From contig JAKPTF010000011.1 of NCBI GenBank assembly GCA_029571225.1, positions 1 through 60,824 of the forward strand: a DNA stretch of 60,824 nt, written 5' to 3'. The stretch is from Candidatus Omnitrophota bacterium (GTDB lineage Bacteria > Omnitrophota > Gorgyraeia > Gygaellales > Profunditerraquicolaceae). Below are positions 48,609-60,824 of this stretch, piece after piece. Positions within the stretch are counted from its first letter, which is position 1; each line of letters starts with the position of its first letter. Position numbers and translations under genes: made by a program. The notes beneath the pieces are model-generated. The model was not told the origin of the DNA and did no database searches. It saw nothing but the letters and a program-made list of their open reading frames with translations.

Positions 48609-49595
48609 ATGCCACCACGCAAAAAAATCCTGAGCGGTATGCGCCCGACGGGAAAGCTCCATCTCGGCCATCTGGTGGGCACGCTTGATAACTGGGTGGC
48701 GCTTCAGCGGGAATACGACTGTTTCTTCATGGTCGCCGACTGGCACGCGCTTATGGGCGAATATGAGGACCCGGGCGGCATGAACGAGTCCATGATCGAT
48801 AATGTGGCGGATTGGCTGGCCGCAGGCATCGACCCGGAGCGCTCCACGCTTTTTATACAGTCCAGGGTCAAGGAGCATCTTGACCTGCACATGATTTTTT
48901 CATGCCTAACCCCTCTGGGGTGGCTTGAACGCTGCCCCACCTATAAGGAACAGCTTAGGGAAGTCAGCACCCGCGACCTGCATACCTACGGTTTTCTCGG
49001 TTATCCGGTGCTACAGGCAGCGGATATCCTTCTGTACAGGGCCGATGCCGTGCCTGTCGGCGAGGATCAGCTTCCGCATCTGGAACTTACCCGCGAGATC
49101 GCCCGCAGATTCAACAGCCTTTACAAGGACACTATTTTCCCGGAGCCTGAGGCCAGGCTGACAGTTGCCTCACGCCTTGCCGGGCTTGACGGCAGGAAGA
49201 TGAGCAAAAGCTACAACAACACGATTAACCTGTCCGATCCCGAGGATACGGTCCGGGCCAAGGTGCAGACGATGATTACGGATCCGCAGCGGGTTAAGCT
49301 GTCGGACCCCGGACATCCCGACGTGTGCGGTGTGTTCGCGTATTATAACGTGTTCGCGCCCGAGGATACGGCCCGCCTGCGTTCGGCTTGCTCGAACGCG
49401 TCTTTCGGCTGTACCGAATGCAAGAAGCGGCTTGCCGCGATTCTTGTCGAGAGACTTGCGCCTATCCAGCAGCGTCGGGAGATTCTTTTGCAGGACAAGC
49501 AGAAAATCCTCGATATCCTCGAAGACGGCGCGCGGCGCGCGCGCTCAGTCGCACAACAGACGCTGCACGATGCCCGCAGCGCGATGAAGATATGA
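48609..49595 (+). CDS. trpS: tryptophanyl-tRNA synthetase
   Basis: 328 aa. GMRPTGKLHLGH (HIGH-type) and KMSKS motifs. Confidence 0.93.
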   Translation: MPPRKKILSGMRPTGKLHLGHLVGTLDNWVALQREYDCFFMVADWHALMGEYEDPGGMNESMIDNVADWLAAGIDPERSTLFIQSRVKEHLDLHMIFSCLTPLGWLERCPTYKEQLREVSTRDLHTYGFLGYPVLQAADILLYRADAVPVGEDQLPHLELTREIARRFNSLYKDTIFPEPEARLTVASRLAGLDGRKMSKSYNNTINLSDPEDTVRAKVQTMITDPQRVKLSDPGHPDVCGVFAYYNVFAPEDTARLRSACSNASFGCTECKKRLAAILVERLAPIQQRREILLQDKQKILDILEDGARRARSVAQQTLHDARSAMKI

Positions 49596-50392
49596 GCTAT
49601 AAGATAAAATTGCAGATTTTCGAGGGCCCGCTAGATCTCCTGCTGTATCTGGTCCGGAAAGACCACCTGAATATATACGATATCCCGATCGCCCAGGTCA
49701 CCCGGCAGTATATGGAATACCTTGAGTTGATGAAGATACTTGACCTGAACGTGGCTGGGGAATTCCTCGTGATGGCGGCGACGCTCATACAGATTAAGTC
49801 AAAGATGCTCCTTCCGGCCCCGGAGGAGGAACAGCCGCCGCAGGAGGACGATCCGCGCGCGGAACTGATCAAACAACTCCTTGAATACGAACGGTTCAAA
49901 GAGATCGCGCAGGAGCTCAGGCAGAAGGAAATGGACCAGCAGGATATTTTCAAACGGCCGCGCATTTTGGAGAAGGATATTCCCGAAGGGCCCCTGGATG
50001 CACAGTATTTCGAGTCGAGCATTTTCGATCTGATCTCGGCGTTCTCCCGGGCACTAAAAGACACTTCCCGGGACCTGTTCTACAGCGTCATCAAAGACGA
50101 GTTCACCGTCGAAGAGAAGGTGCATGCCATCCTGCACGACCTCCTGCTGCGGCCGTCAATCGGATTGACTGAGCTTTTCGAGCGCTCGCGGGACAAAATC
50201 GAGATGATCGTGACGTTCCTTGCGGTCCTTGAGCTCATCAAGATGAAAGAGGTTGTCTGCCGGCAGCAGGCGCCGTTCGGACCGATCGAGATGGTCCGCA
50301 ATGTCAACAATATAATGCCCTATGACCCTACCTCCGAACCAGAAGATGCCGGCGGGGCCGATCAATCCCCTGCGGCAGGAACAGGAAACTGA
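49592..50392 (+). CDS. scpA: segregation and condensation protein A (kleisin)
   Basis: FEGPLDLLLYLVRKDHLNIYDIPIAQVTRQY start; ATGA overlap with trpS. The track's longer ORF is an in-frame run through the trpS 3' end. Confidence 0.88.
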   Translation: MSYKIKLQIFEGPLDLLLYLVRKDHLNIYDIPIAQVTRQYMEYLELMKILDLNVAGEFLVMAATLIQIKSKMLLPAPEEEQPPQEDDPRAELIKQLLEYERFKEIAQELRQKEMDQQDIFKRPRILEKDIPEGPLDAQYFESSIFDLISAFSRALKDTSRDLFYSVIKDEFTVEEKVHAILHDLLLRPSIGLTELFERSRDKIEMIVTFLAVLELIKMKEVVCRQQAPFGPIEMVRNVNNIMPYDPTSEPEDAGGADQSPAAGTGN

Positions 50393-51377
50393 CGAAGATA
50401 AAGTACTGAATCTTTCGCTCAGGCCGGTCAAGCTGTCCGAGTTTATCGGGCAGAAGGACGTCGTTTCAAACCTTAAGGTCTGCATCACCGCTGCGCGCCA
50501 GCGCAAGGAGCCTCTGGAGCACGTGCTGTTCTCCGGGCCACCTGGCCTGGGCAAGACGTGCCTTTCGCACATCATCGCTCACGAGATGCACGCGAAGATC
50601 ACCGTGACGTCCGGCCCGGCCATCGAGCGGGCAGGGGATCTTATCGGCATACTCACGAACCTGGAAAAAGGCGATATCCTTTTCATAGATGAGATCCACC
50701 GCCTCTCCAAGGTGGTCGAAGAATTCCTGTATCCGGCGATGGAGAATTTCGAGATCGACTTCGTGATCGACAAGGGCCCCTACGCCAAGACGATCAAGTT
50801 CCACCTGAAGCCTTTTACCCTTGTGGGCGCGACCACGAGGTCTGGACTGTTGACCTCTCCGTTACGATCCCGTTTCGGCATGTTCTATCATCTTGATTTC
50901 TACGGCGTCGAAGACCTGGCTGCCGTAGTGGAGCGCTCCGCCAGGCTCCTGGGCATGGCGATAGACCAAGACGCATGCCGTGAGATTGGCAGGCGGGCCC
51001 GGGGCACGCCGCGGATCGCCAACCGCCTCCTTCGAAGGGTCAGGGACCATGCGCAGGTCGCAAATATCGGCAAAATCGACGCTTCTTTCAGCGCCAGGGC
51101 GCTTGACGAACTTGGGACAGATACGTTTGGCCTGGACGAGCTCGACCGCCGGGTCCTGAAACTGATTATCGAGTCCTTTGACGGCGGGCCTGTGGGCGTA
51201 GAATCGCTTGCTGCGAGCCTCAACGAAGAGGTCGATACGATCGTGGATACGGTCGAGCCCTATCTTCTGAAGGCAGGATATCTCAAACGGACCTCGCGGG
51301 GCAGGGTGGCTTCGAAGATGGCTTTTGACCATCTTGGCATAAAGCCGAAGGAAAAACAGGGGCAGTTATTTGAATGA
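50322..51377 (+). CDS. ruvB: Holliday junction branch migration helicase RuvB
   Basis: LRPVKLSEFIGQ; GPPGLGKT; DEIHRL; RGTPRIANRLLRRVRD. The start is uncertain (ATG at 50322 or 50346), and either overlaps the scpA 3' end. Confidence 0.92.
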   Translation: MTLPPNQKMPAGPINPLRQEQETDEDKVLNLSLRPVKLSEFIGQKDVVSNLKVCITAARQRKEPLEHVLFSGPPGLGKTCLSHIIAHEMHAKITVTSGPAIERAGDLIGILTNLEKGDILFIDEIHRLSKVVEEFLYPAMENFEIDFVIDKGPYAKTIKFHLKPFTLVGATTRSGLLTSPLRSRFGMFYHLDFYGVEDLAAVVERSARLLGMAIDQDACREIGRRARGTPRIANRLLRRVRDHAQVANIGKIDASFSARALDELGTDTFGLDELDRRVLKLIIESFDGGPVGVESLAASLNEEVDTIVDTVEPYLLKAGYLKRTSRGRVASKMAFDHLGIKPKEKQGQLFE

Positions 51378-51600
51378 TCCCGGCATGCACGAAATCGGCA
51401 GAATACTTATAACACTCGGCCTGGTCCTTGCCGCGGCCGGAGCTTTCCTGCTATTAGCGCACAAAGTGCCGTGGCTCGGCCATTTGCCCGGCGATATCGT
51501 AATCCGCAGGAAAAACGTTTTCATATATTTTCCGCTGGCGACCTCGCTTATCATCAGCATTATCCTCTCCGTATTATTCTGGGTATGGTCCCGTCGGTGA
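51370..51600 (+). CDS. DUF2905 family small membrane protein
   Basis: 76 aa, two hydrophobic helices, LPGDIVIRRKNVFIYFPLATSLIIS block. Commonly found next to ruvB. Confidence 0.7.
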   Translation: MNDPGMHEIGRILITLGLVLAAAGAFLLLAHKVPWLGHLPGDIVIRRKNVFIYFPLATSLIISIILSVLFWVWSRR

Positions 51601-52748
51601 TCCGGACAACGATCTGTGCTTTCCTGGGCGCATGCCTTTGCGCGTCATGGTTTGCCTGCGGCAGTGCCGCAGAGCCGGTGACGGTGCGCGTCGCGATCCT
51701 GCGCGACGCCGTCATGGCGCGGGTTTCGGTCCAGGGGTATTACCGTATTGAAGACGCCGCGACGCATCAGGCCCTTGCCGAAGGGAAAGATTTAAAAGGA
51801 GCGATCACGGCGTTCAAATATGCGGTGAATATCAACGGCAGGCGTTATCCGCAAAGCAGGCTTTACCTGAGGCCGCAGGATTCGGGCAGCATTGAAGTAA
51901 ACGGCCGGCGGTATCCCGGGGATCTGGAGATCATCCGCGGCCGTGGCTCGGCGGTCCTGGTAAATCACGTGGGGCTGGAGGATTATGTCAAAGGCATCGC
52001 GGTCAGGGAGATATCGCACTACTGGCCGTTCGAGGCACTGTTAGCCCACACAATCGTATTCCGCACGTACGCCCTGTATGCCGTCCAACAGAACGCGAAA
52101 CGCGATTATGACGTTACCGGCGACGTGTATTCACAGGTTTATGGCGGCGCGGCCGCAGAGCGTTACCGCATCAGCGACGCATGCGACCAGACATCCGGCG
52201 ACGTCCTTACCTGCGGGGGAAGGATTTTCCCGGCCTATTATCATTCAACCTGCGGCGGCCATACGCAGAACGCTTCAATACTATGGAACATCGACATACC
52301 AGCCCTTTCAGGCGTTGACTGCGTCTATTGCAAAGGCTCGCCCCATTTCTCCTGGAACGCTGCAATACCCGTCGCCGAGGCAGTCGGCAAACTGTCCGCT
52401 GCGGGAATCATGGCGGACGGCATCACGGCCATCGAAACGAGCGATATCGATCAATCAGGCAGGGTGGTGAAACTTGCGCTGCGTACGGCGCGCGGCGGAT
52501 TCGTGGAAATCGCAGGAAAGGATTTCAGGCAGATACTCGGCAACGACATCGTCAAGAGCACGAATTTCGATGTCGTTTTGCGCGGCCGCATGATAGAGTT
52601 CTCTGGCAGGGGATGGGGCCACGGCGTCGGGCTGTGCCAGTGGGGGGCGTACTTCATGGCAAAGGCCGGCTATTCATTCAGCGATATACTCGCGTATTAT
52701 TATCCCGGTTCAGAGGTGAGGAATATCAACACGTACGGCATCCGGTGA
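51585..52748 (+). CDS. SpoIID/LytB domain protein (peptidoglycan remodelling)
   Basis: YHSTCGGHTQNASILW and GRGWGHGVGLCQWGA blocks. N-terminal hydrophobic signal. Start is the ATG at 51585 or the GTG at 51597. Confidence 0.8.
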   Translation: MVPSVIRTTICAFLGACLCASWFACGSAAEPVTVRVAILRDAVMARVSVQGYYRIEDAATHQALAEGKDLKGAITAFKYAVNINGRRYPQSRLYLRPQDSGSIEVNGRRYPGDLEIIRGRGSAVLVNHVGLEDYVKGIAVREISHYWPFEALLAHTIVFRTYALYAVQQNAKRDYDVTGDVYSQVYGGAAAERYRISDACDQTSGDVLTCGGRIFPAYYHSTCGGHTQNASILWNIDIPALSGVDCVYCKGSPHFSWNAAIPVAEAVGKLSAAGIMADGITAIETSDIDQSGRVVKLALRTARGGFVEIAGKDFRQILGNDIVKSTNFDVVLRGRMIEFSGRGWGHGVGLCQWGAYFMAKAGYSFSDILAYYYPGSEVRNINTYGIR

Positions 52749-53740
52749 TGAAATTATCCGATTTCGATTACGATCTTCCTAAAGAGCTAATTGCGCAGTA
52801 TCCATTGAAGGAACGCGACGCCTGCCGTTTGCTCGTCGTAAACCGCGCGGACGGCTCGATCAAACACAGGCGTTTCGGAGATATTACGGCGTATCTGCGG
52901 CAGGACGACCTGCTGGTCATGAACGATACCCGCGTGCGCACTTGCCGCCTGCGCGGCAGGCGCAAGACAGGCGGCGCAATCGAGGTATTGCTTCTGCGCA
53001 GGAAGACGGGACTGTGTTTCGAGGCCATGTTCAAGCCCGGGCGCCTGAAACAAGGAGAGCGTATTTATTTTTCCGATCCCAGTGTTACGGCAACGCGTAC
53101 CGGCCCGGACGAGGTCGCTTTTGAGGCTGCATCCCCTGAAGCGATATACGCGATCGGCGAGATTCCTCTTCCTCCTTATATCAAACGCAGGCCCGAACCC
53201 ATGGATGCAGAATATTACCAGACGGTATACGCGGCATGCGACGGTTCAATCGCGTCTCCTACCGCTGGCCTTCATTTTACCGAGGCTCTCCTGGATAGGA
53301 TTCGCAGCCTGGGCGTCCATACCGCATATGTCACCCTGCACGTGGGAAGCGGGACGTTTAGGTCCGTTACTGCCGAGGATATCCGCAGCCATGTAATGGC
53401 TGAAGAATATTTTACCGTGCCGCCCATGACGCAGTCCCTTTTGAAGCAGGCGCGTGCGGATCCTTCTAAGCGGATTATAGCCGTCGGCACCACGACATGC
53501 CGCGCCCTTGAGAGCTACGCGCAAGGCCGCTCAAACGGCGCGACAGGGCTTTTTATGTATCCCGGCTACAGGTTCAGGCTCATTGACGGCCTGCTGACAA
53601 ATTTTCATCTGCCGCGCACGACTCTATTTATGCTCGTGTGCGCGTTCGCTGGCACGGCGCTGACCCGCGAAGCGTACGCGCAGGCAGTCAGGGAAAGGTA
53701 CCGCTTTTACAGCTACGGCGACGCAATGCTCGTCGTATGA
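52748..53740 (+). CDS. queA: S-adenosylmethionine:tRNA ribosyltransferase-isomerase
   Basis: MKLSDFDYDLPKELIAQYPL start; PLPPYIKR; GLHFT; AVGTTTCRALES. TGATG junction with the upstream gene. Confidence 0.92.
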   Translation: MKLSDFDYDLPKELIAQYPLKERDACRLLVVNRADGSIKHRRFGDITAYLRQDDLLVMNDTRVRTCRLRGRRKTGGAIEVLLLRRKTGLCFEAMFKPGRLKQGERIYFSDPSVTATRTGPDEVAFEAASPEAIYAIGEIPLPPYIKRRPEPMDAEYYQTVYAACDGSIASPTAGLHFTEALLDRIRSLGVHTAYVTLHVGSGTFRSVTAEDIRSHVMAEEYFTVPPMTQSLLKQARADPSKRIIAVGTTTCRALESYAQGRSNGATGLFMYPGYRFRLIDGLLTNFHLPRTTLFMLVCAFAGTALTREAYAQAVRERYRFYSYGDAMLVV

Positions 53741-53749
53741 TAAAAAATA

Positions 53750-53778
53750 TTGACGCTACTTTCCAGCTATGATACGAT
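53750..53778 (+). promoter_or_regulatory. possible sigma70-like promoter TTGACG-17 nt-TACGAT
   Basis: TTGACG at 53750-53755; TACGAT at 53773-53778; 32 nt upstream of the ATG at 53811. Confidence 0.35.
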
Positions 53779-53810
53779 ACGCGCGTGTATCCAACCATAT
53801 ATGGTGATGC

Positions 53811-55754
53811 ATGATAAACGCCGTTAACAGCCGTTTGGCGCGTCTTTTTTCCTCGGCATCGATATCCATCGGCATCCTTCTCTTTGCCGTAAGCGCAGCG
53901 GTGCTCTCCGGCTGGGCAGCCGGCATCCCGTCACTTAAGAGCGTCCTTCCAAATCTCGTTCCGATGACGCCCAATACCGCGGTCTGTTTCATCCTGTTGT
54001 CGGTTTCGTTATTGTGTTTTTCCGGACGGCGCCGCTGGATGAGGACGGTCAGCGTCGCATGCGCATGGACGGTTGCTGTTGTCGGGGCCGCTACCATCGC
54101 CGAATACGCGACAGGCATAAACACGGGCCTCGACACTGTGTTTTTCGGCAGTGCATCGCGCGCCTATGCAACACCGTTCCCTGGACGGATGTCCCCGTTG
54201 TCGGCATTGAACTTTATCCTCGCGGGTTTCAGCCTGGCGCTGTTCGGCATGCGCGTCCGGGTGCTCTGCGGCATTTCCGAGTTGTTCCTGGCGAGCAGCG
54301 GGGCCCTGGGGCTTTTAACCATCATCGGATACATGTTCGCCACGCCCGATCTGTACAGCTTCCATCCTTTCAAACCGATGGCGGTGCACACCGGTCTCTG
54401 TTTCATGCTCGTGTGCGCCGGGGGATTCTTCGCGCGCCTGGATTGTGACGTGATGAAGGTCATGTCGAGCGATACCGAAGGCGGCATCATGGTGCGGCGT
54501 ATGCTGTTCCTTGGCATCTTCATCCCGGTCCTTTTGGGCTGGGTCATACTTTCCGGCGCCCGCAGCGGCCTGTATAACCTTTCCCTCGGCGTCTCTTTTT
54601 TGACCGTGCTGACGATCGTCGTGTTCTCCGTTCTGATATGGGAGAACGGGCGCTCTCTGCATCTTATCGATCTGAAACGCATGGGCGTGGAGAGCATCCT
54701 GCGCGAGAACGAGGACAAATACCGGGTCATCTTCGAGACGACCGGGACCGCGACCGCCATCTATGAAGAAGACACGGTGATATCGCTGGCGAACACGGAG
54801 TTCGAGAAGCTTTCGGGATATCAGAAGGCGGAGCTGGAGAGTAAGAAGAGTTACATGGATTTCATCGCGACGGAAGAGGACGCGGCGCGCATACGCGAGT
54901 ACCACCGCCTGCGCCGCCTCGATCCGGGGCTGGCGCCGCGCACGTACGAGTTCAAATTCAAGGGGCGCTCCGGCCAGGTCAGGGATATCTTCATGACGAT
55001 CGCCATGATCCCGGGCACGATGCGCAGCATCGCGTCGCTGCAGGATATCACCGAGCGCAAGCGCGTGGAACAGATGAAGAGCGATTTTGTGTCCATGGTC
55101 TCTCACCAGCTCAAAACGCCGGTCGCCCAGGTCAAGGGATACATCTATAATATGCTCGCGGGCCTGACCGGAGAGCTGACCGCCAAGCAAAGGGAATATC
55201 TTGAGGATATGCAGGATATCAGCAATAAGAATTACCGGATGCTGTCGGACCTTTTGAACGTGTCCCGTATCGAGCGCGGGGTCATCTCCATGGATATCAG
55301 GCCGGTCGCGCTCAAGGACATTATCGACGAGGCGGCGGCGCCGTTCTACGAGCAGATCAAGGCCAAAGGGCTGCAGCTGGCGGTCGCCGGGCTGGAGAAC
55401 GAGCTTATCGTGCTCGCCGACAAGGAAAAATCGATCGAGGCGATCGGCAATGCCGTCCACAACGCCCTGAAATTCACCGAGTCCGGATCCATTTCCCTGC
55501 GGGTATCGAGCACCGCGTCGCAGGCGATCGTCGCGGTCATCGACACCGGCAGGGGCATCGCGCAGGACCGGTTAAACCGCATGTTCACGTGCGACATGGC
55601 GCTGGACGGGGCTCCGGTCTCCGGAGGAGGCGCCGGGCTCGGATTATACATCGCAAAGCAGTTCATGAGGCTTCAGAACGGGGATATCGCCGTGCAGTCT
55701 ATCCCGGGCAAAGGAAGCAGTTTTATCTTTACGATCCCGCTGGCCCAGGGCTAG
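53811..55754 (+). CDS. sensor histidine kinase (polytopic N-terminal domain, PAS, HisKA, HATPase_c)
   Basis: About 270 aa of multiple TM helices; PAS-like region; H-box SHQLKTP; N-box NAVHNALKFT; G-boxes DTGRGI and GGAGLGLYI. Confidence 0.88.
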   Translation: MINAVNSRLARLFSSASISIGILLFAVSAAVLSGWAAGIPSLKSVLPNLVPMTPNTAVCFILLSVSLLCFSGRRRWMRTVSVACAWTVAVVGAATIAEYATGINTGLDTVFFGSASRAYATPFPGRMSPLSALNFILAGFSLALFGMRVRVLCGISELFLASSGALGLLTIIGYMFATPDLYSFHPFKPMAVHTGLCFMLVCAGGFFARLDCDVMKVMSSDTEGGIMVRRMLFLGIFIPVLLGWVILSGARSGLYNLSLGVSFLTVLTIVVFSVLIWENGRSLHLIDLKRMGVESILRENEDKYRVIFETTGTATAIYEEDTVISLANTEFEKLSGYQKAELESKKSYMDFIATEEDAARIREYHRLRRLDPGLAPRTYEFKFKGRSGQVRDIFMTIAMIPGTMRSIASLQDITERKRVEQMKSDFVSMVSHQLKTPVAQVKGYIYNMLAGLTGELTAKQREYLEDMQDISNKNYRMLSDLLNVSRIERGVISMDIRPVALKDIIDEAAAPFYEQIKAKGLQLAVAGLENELIVLADKEKSIEAIGNAVHNALKFTESGSISLRVSSTASQAIVAVIDTGRGIAQDRLNRMFTCDMALDGAPVSGGGAGLGLYIAKQFMRLQNGDIAVQSIPGKGSSFIFTIPLAQG

Positions 55755-55791
55755 CGCGGTACGGATGCGGCACGAGCCAAGGAGGAGAACG

Positions 55792-56381
55792 ATGAGCGAA
55801 AAAGGGACGATACTGATCATTGAAGACGAACCGGGTTTCCGCAAGATCTACAAGGATTTCCTGGAGAGCGAAGGGTATGCGGTCAAGGAAGCCGATGACG
55901 GGCAAAAAGGGCTGCAGATGATCAGATCCGTCAAACCGGACCTGGTCCTTCTGGATATCGTTCTGCCGCAAATGAGCGGATTCGACGTTCTCAAGGCCAT
56001 ACGCGGCGATGCCGCCACCAAAGACCTTCCGGTCATCATCTTCTCGGTCCTGGGAGAACGGGATACGGTTAAGAAGGGGCTCGAGCTCGGCGCCAACGAT
56101 TTCGCGGTGAAGGGATTTTATTCTCCCGGAGAGATGCTCAGCAAAGTGCGCGGCCTTCTGTTCAAGGCCGATATGCGCAAGCACATGGTGACCTATAAGC
56201 TTCAGGTCGGGGAAGGCAGGGCGGATGCGCAGCGCCTGCAGCAGGACATGGGCATGGTCAATCTGTTCGAATGCCCGCATTGCAAAGGCACCGTGCAGCT
56301 CGACATGATCCCCGATTTTTCGCGCACCGACGGCCACTGGTTCTTCAGCCATTTTGTGTGCTCGACGTGCAACAGGTCCTT

Positions 56382-56385
<4 letters not shown>
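55792..56385 (+). CDS. response regulator: intact receiver plus about 70-aa C-terminal Cys4 (CxxC-25 aa-CxxC) domain
   Basis: ED at residues 11-12, D55 (LVLLDIVLP), S85 and K107 form a canonical REC. The C-terminus has CPHC and CSTC. ATG at 55792 after AAGGAGGAG. Confidence 0.85.
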
Positions 56386-59306
<2,921 letters not shown>

Positions 59307-59314
<8 letters not shown>

Positions 59315-59669
59315 GATCAAACTTATTGAACAGGAATTCACCAAGAAGGAATACCCGAAGTTCGGCGTCGGCGATACGGTCAAGGTCATGACCAAGATCC
59401 CCGAAGGAGATAAGGTGCGTCTGCATCCTTTCGAGGGGATCGTGATCTCCGTCAAGGGCAGGGGCACGAATTCCAATTTCACCGTGCGCAAGGTATCTTC
59501 AGGGGAAGGCGTCGAGCGCGTTTTCGTCCTGTATTCCCCGAACATCGAGCGGATCGAGGTCATCAGGCGCGGCAAGGCCAAGCGCGCCAAGCTGTATTAT
59601 CTCAGGCAGAAGATCGGCAAAAGCGCCACCAAGATCGATGTCGCTGAAAAGGAATCGCCCGCAGCATAA
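59307..59669 (+). CDS. rplS: 50S ribosomal protein L19
   Basis: 120 aa. FGVGDTVKV...[39 protein letters not shown]. Confidence 0.95.
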
Positions 59670-59679
59670 GGTGTCGATC

Positions 59680-60312
59680 ATGCGCGACATGACGTATTAT
59701 GAGCGCAAATACCGCACACTCGGAAGGACGACAATCATCGGGGTCGATGAGGCCGGCCGGGGGCCGCTTGCCGGCCCTGTCGTCGCGGCTGCAGTCTGCC
59801 TAAAAAAACGATCCTTCGCCAGCCGCATCGACGATTCGAAACGGTTGAGCGTTTCCCAGCGCGCCGCGGCATACCATGAGCTCATGACGGGTTGTTTCTA
59901 CGGCATAGGCATCGTCAACGAGGCAGTGATAGACCGTATCAATATTCTTGCGGCCACCAAATGCGCCATGGAGCAGGCCATCGAGCGGCTGTTCGCCAGA
60001 CTGCCTGACCGCAGGCGCGAGGCGGTCCATGTGCTGATAGACGGCACGGTTCGTCTCGATATCGGATTTTATAACACCTGCATCGTCAAGGGCGATCAGA
60101 AGGACAGAAGCATCGCTGCCGCATCCATCCTCGCAAAAGTCACCCGTGACAGGATCATGGGCATCTACGATTCGGTGTTTCCGTCATGGGGGTTCATGCA
60201 GCATAAGGGGTATCCGACGAAAAGCCACCGCCGCGCCATCGACCGGTTCGGCAGGTCGCGCATCCACCGGATAAGTTTCTGCGGTGTCAAAGACAAACCG
60301 TTGTCTGGGTAA
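59680..60312 (+). CDS. rnhB: ribonuclease HII
   Basis: IIGVDEAGRGPLAGPVVAAAV; DDSKRLS; ASILAKVTRD. ATG at 59680. Confidence 0.92.
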   Translation: MRDMTYYERKYRTLGRTTIIGVDEAGRGPLAGPVVAAAVCLKKRSFASRIDDSKRLSVSQRAAAYHELMTGCFYGIGIVNEAVIDRINILAATKCAMEQAIERLFARLPDRRREAVHVLIDGTVRLDIGFYNTCIVKGDQKDRSIAAASILAKVTRDRIMGIYDSVFPSWGFMQHKGYPTKSHRRAIDRFGRSRIHRISFCGVKDKPLSG

Positions 60313-60673
60313 ACAGGGCGAAGATCTTGCGCTTGCGTATCTGGCGCGGCAGGGATATTGCTGCATCGCGCGGAATTTCAGGACGCGGTTCGGCGAGATT
60401 GATATTATCGCAAGGGACGGCGGTACCCTGTGCTTTATCGAGGTCAAGACGCGTGCTGGCGGCTCATGCGGCAGGGGCGCTGAGTCGGTGATCAGGAATA
60501 AACAGCGCCATATGGCACTGGCCGCGCTGCAGTTTTTGCAAAGCAGAAATATGCTCGATGCGCCGTGCCGTTTCGACGTCGTATCAATCGACCAGGCGCA
60601 GCAGGGCCCAGAGTTCGATCTCATACGCAACGCATTCGTGCTTGACGAAAACAACGAGGTAAGCGATGTATAA
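60284..60673 (+). CDS. yraN: YraN family (UPF0102) endonuclease-like protein
   Basis: 129 aa. GEDLALAYLARQGYCCIARNFRTRFGEIDIIARDGGTLCFIEVKTR. GTG start overlaps rnhB by 29 nt. Confidence 0.85.
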   Translation: MSKTNRCLGKQGEDLALAYLARQGYCCIARNFRTRFGEIDIIARDGGTLCFIEVKTRAGGSCGRGAESVIRNKQRHMALAALQFLQSRNMLDAPCRFDVVSIDQAQQGPEFDLIRNAFVLDENNEVSDV

Positions 60674-60824
60674 AGACGCCAGCCTTTCCAAATATCTCGA
60701 TGACCTGGCGGCAAAGCTTCCCGCGCCCGGTGGAGGGTCGGCCTGCGCGCTGGCCGCGGGGCTCGGGGTCGGTCTCCTCAGCATGGTGATCAACTTCACG
60801 CTCGGGAAGCCGAAATACGCGGCA
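60666..60824 (+). CDS. cyclodeaminase/cyclohydrolase family protein (FTCD C-terminal-like), 3'-truncated by the window edge
   Basis: Not in the ORF track because it is shorter than 60 aa. My translation from the ATG at 60666: MYKDASLSKYLDDLAAKLPAPGGGSACALAAGLGVGLLSMVINFTLGKPKYAA, which contains the family's PAPGGGSA...MV block. Confidence 0.65.
   Translation, partial: MYKDASLSKYLDDLAAKLPAPGGGSACALAAGLGVGLLSMVINFTLGKPKYAA

Overview
Dense, almost entirely plus-strand stretch of housekeeping chromosome from a diderm (LPS-making) bacterium, roughly mid-50s % G+C. Genes are tightly packed, with many 1-30 nt start/stop overlaps. I call 59 CDS. Two are cut by the window edges: pyrG at the 5' end and a cyclodeaminase-family ORF at the 3' end. 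I also call two clear intrinsic terminators, a few sigma70-like promoters and one AT-rich palindromic element. Main blocks: (i) pyrG-carA-carB(N-half); (ii) a c-di-GMP gene set, with a GGDEF protein at 4.3-5.2 kb and an HD-GYP protein plus a paralogous HEAT-repeat partner at 13.0-16.3 kb; (iii) a lipid A/Kdo/Lpt locus at 16.3-25.9 kb (lpxB, oxidoreductase, msbA, hldA, kdsB-kdsA-kdsD-kdsC, fused lptC/lptA-like gene, lptB); (iv) tig-clpP, a serine-pathway pair and purA; (v) a DUF4912/GH57 glucan pair; (vi) the conserved uppS-cdsA-dxr-rseP-ispG-proS-rimP-nusA-infB run; (vii) trpS, scpA, ruvB, queA, a histidine kinase/response regulator pair, and tgt-trmD-rplS-rnhB-yraN. I found no rRNA, tRNA, CRISPR array, transposase, integrase, phage gene, restriction-modification, toxin-antitoxin or other recognisable defence or mobile system. 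I cannot honestly point to one clear novel multi-gene system. The most unusual items are: the AT-rich palindrome that carries the stop codons of two convergent genes at the end of a half-length carB; the translationally coupled HEAT-repeat/HD-GYP pair that shares an N-terminal domain; a response regulator with a Cys4 C-terminal domain; a secreted degenerate-phosphoesterase/thioredoxin-like fusion; and several domain-architecture oddities in core genes (PPIase-less trigger factor, INS-less ProRS with a Cys4 insert, single lptC/lptA-like ORF, divergent L27, cdsA signature substitutions). All homology calls come from motifs read by eye in the supplied translations and need HMM/BLAST confirmation.
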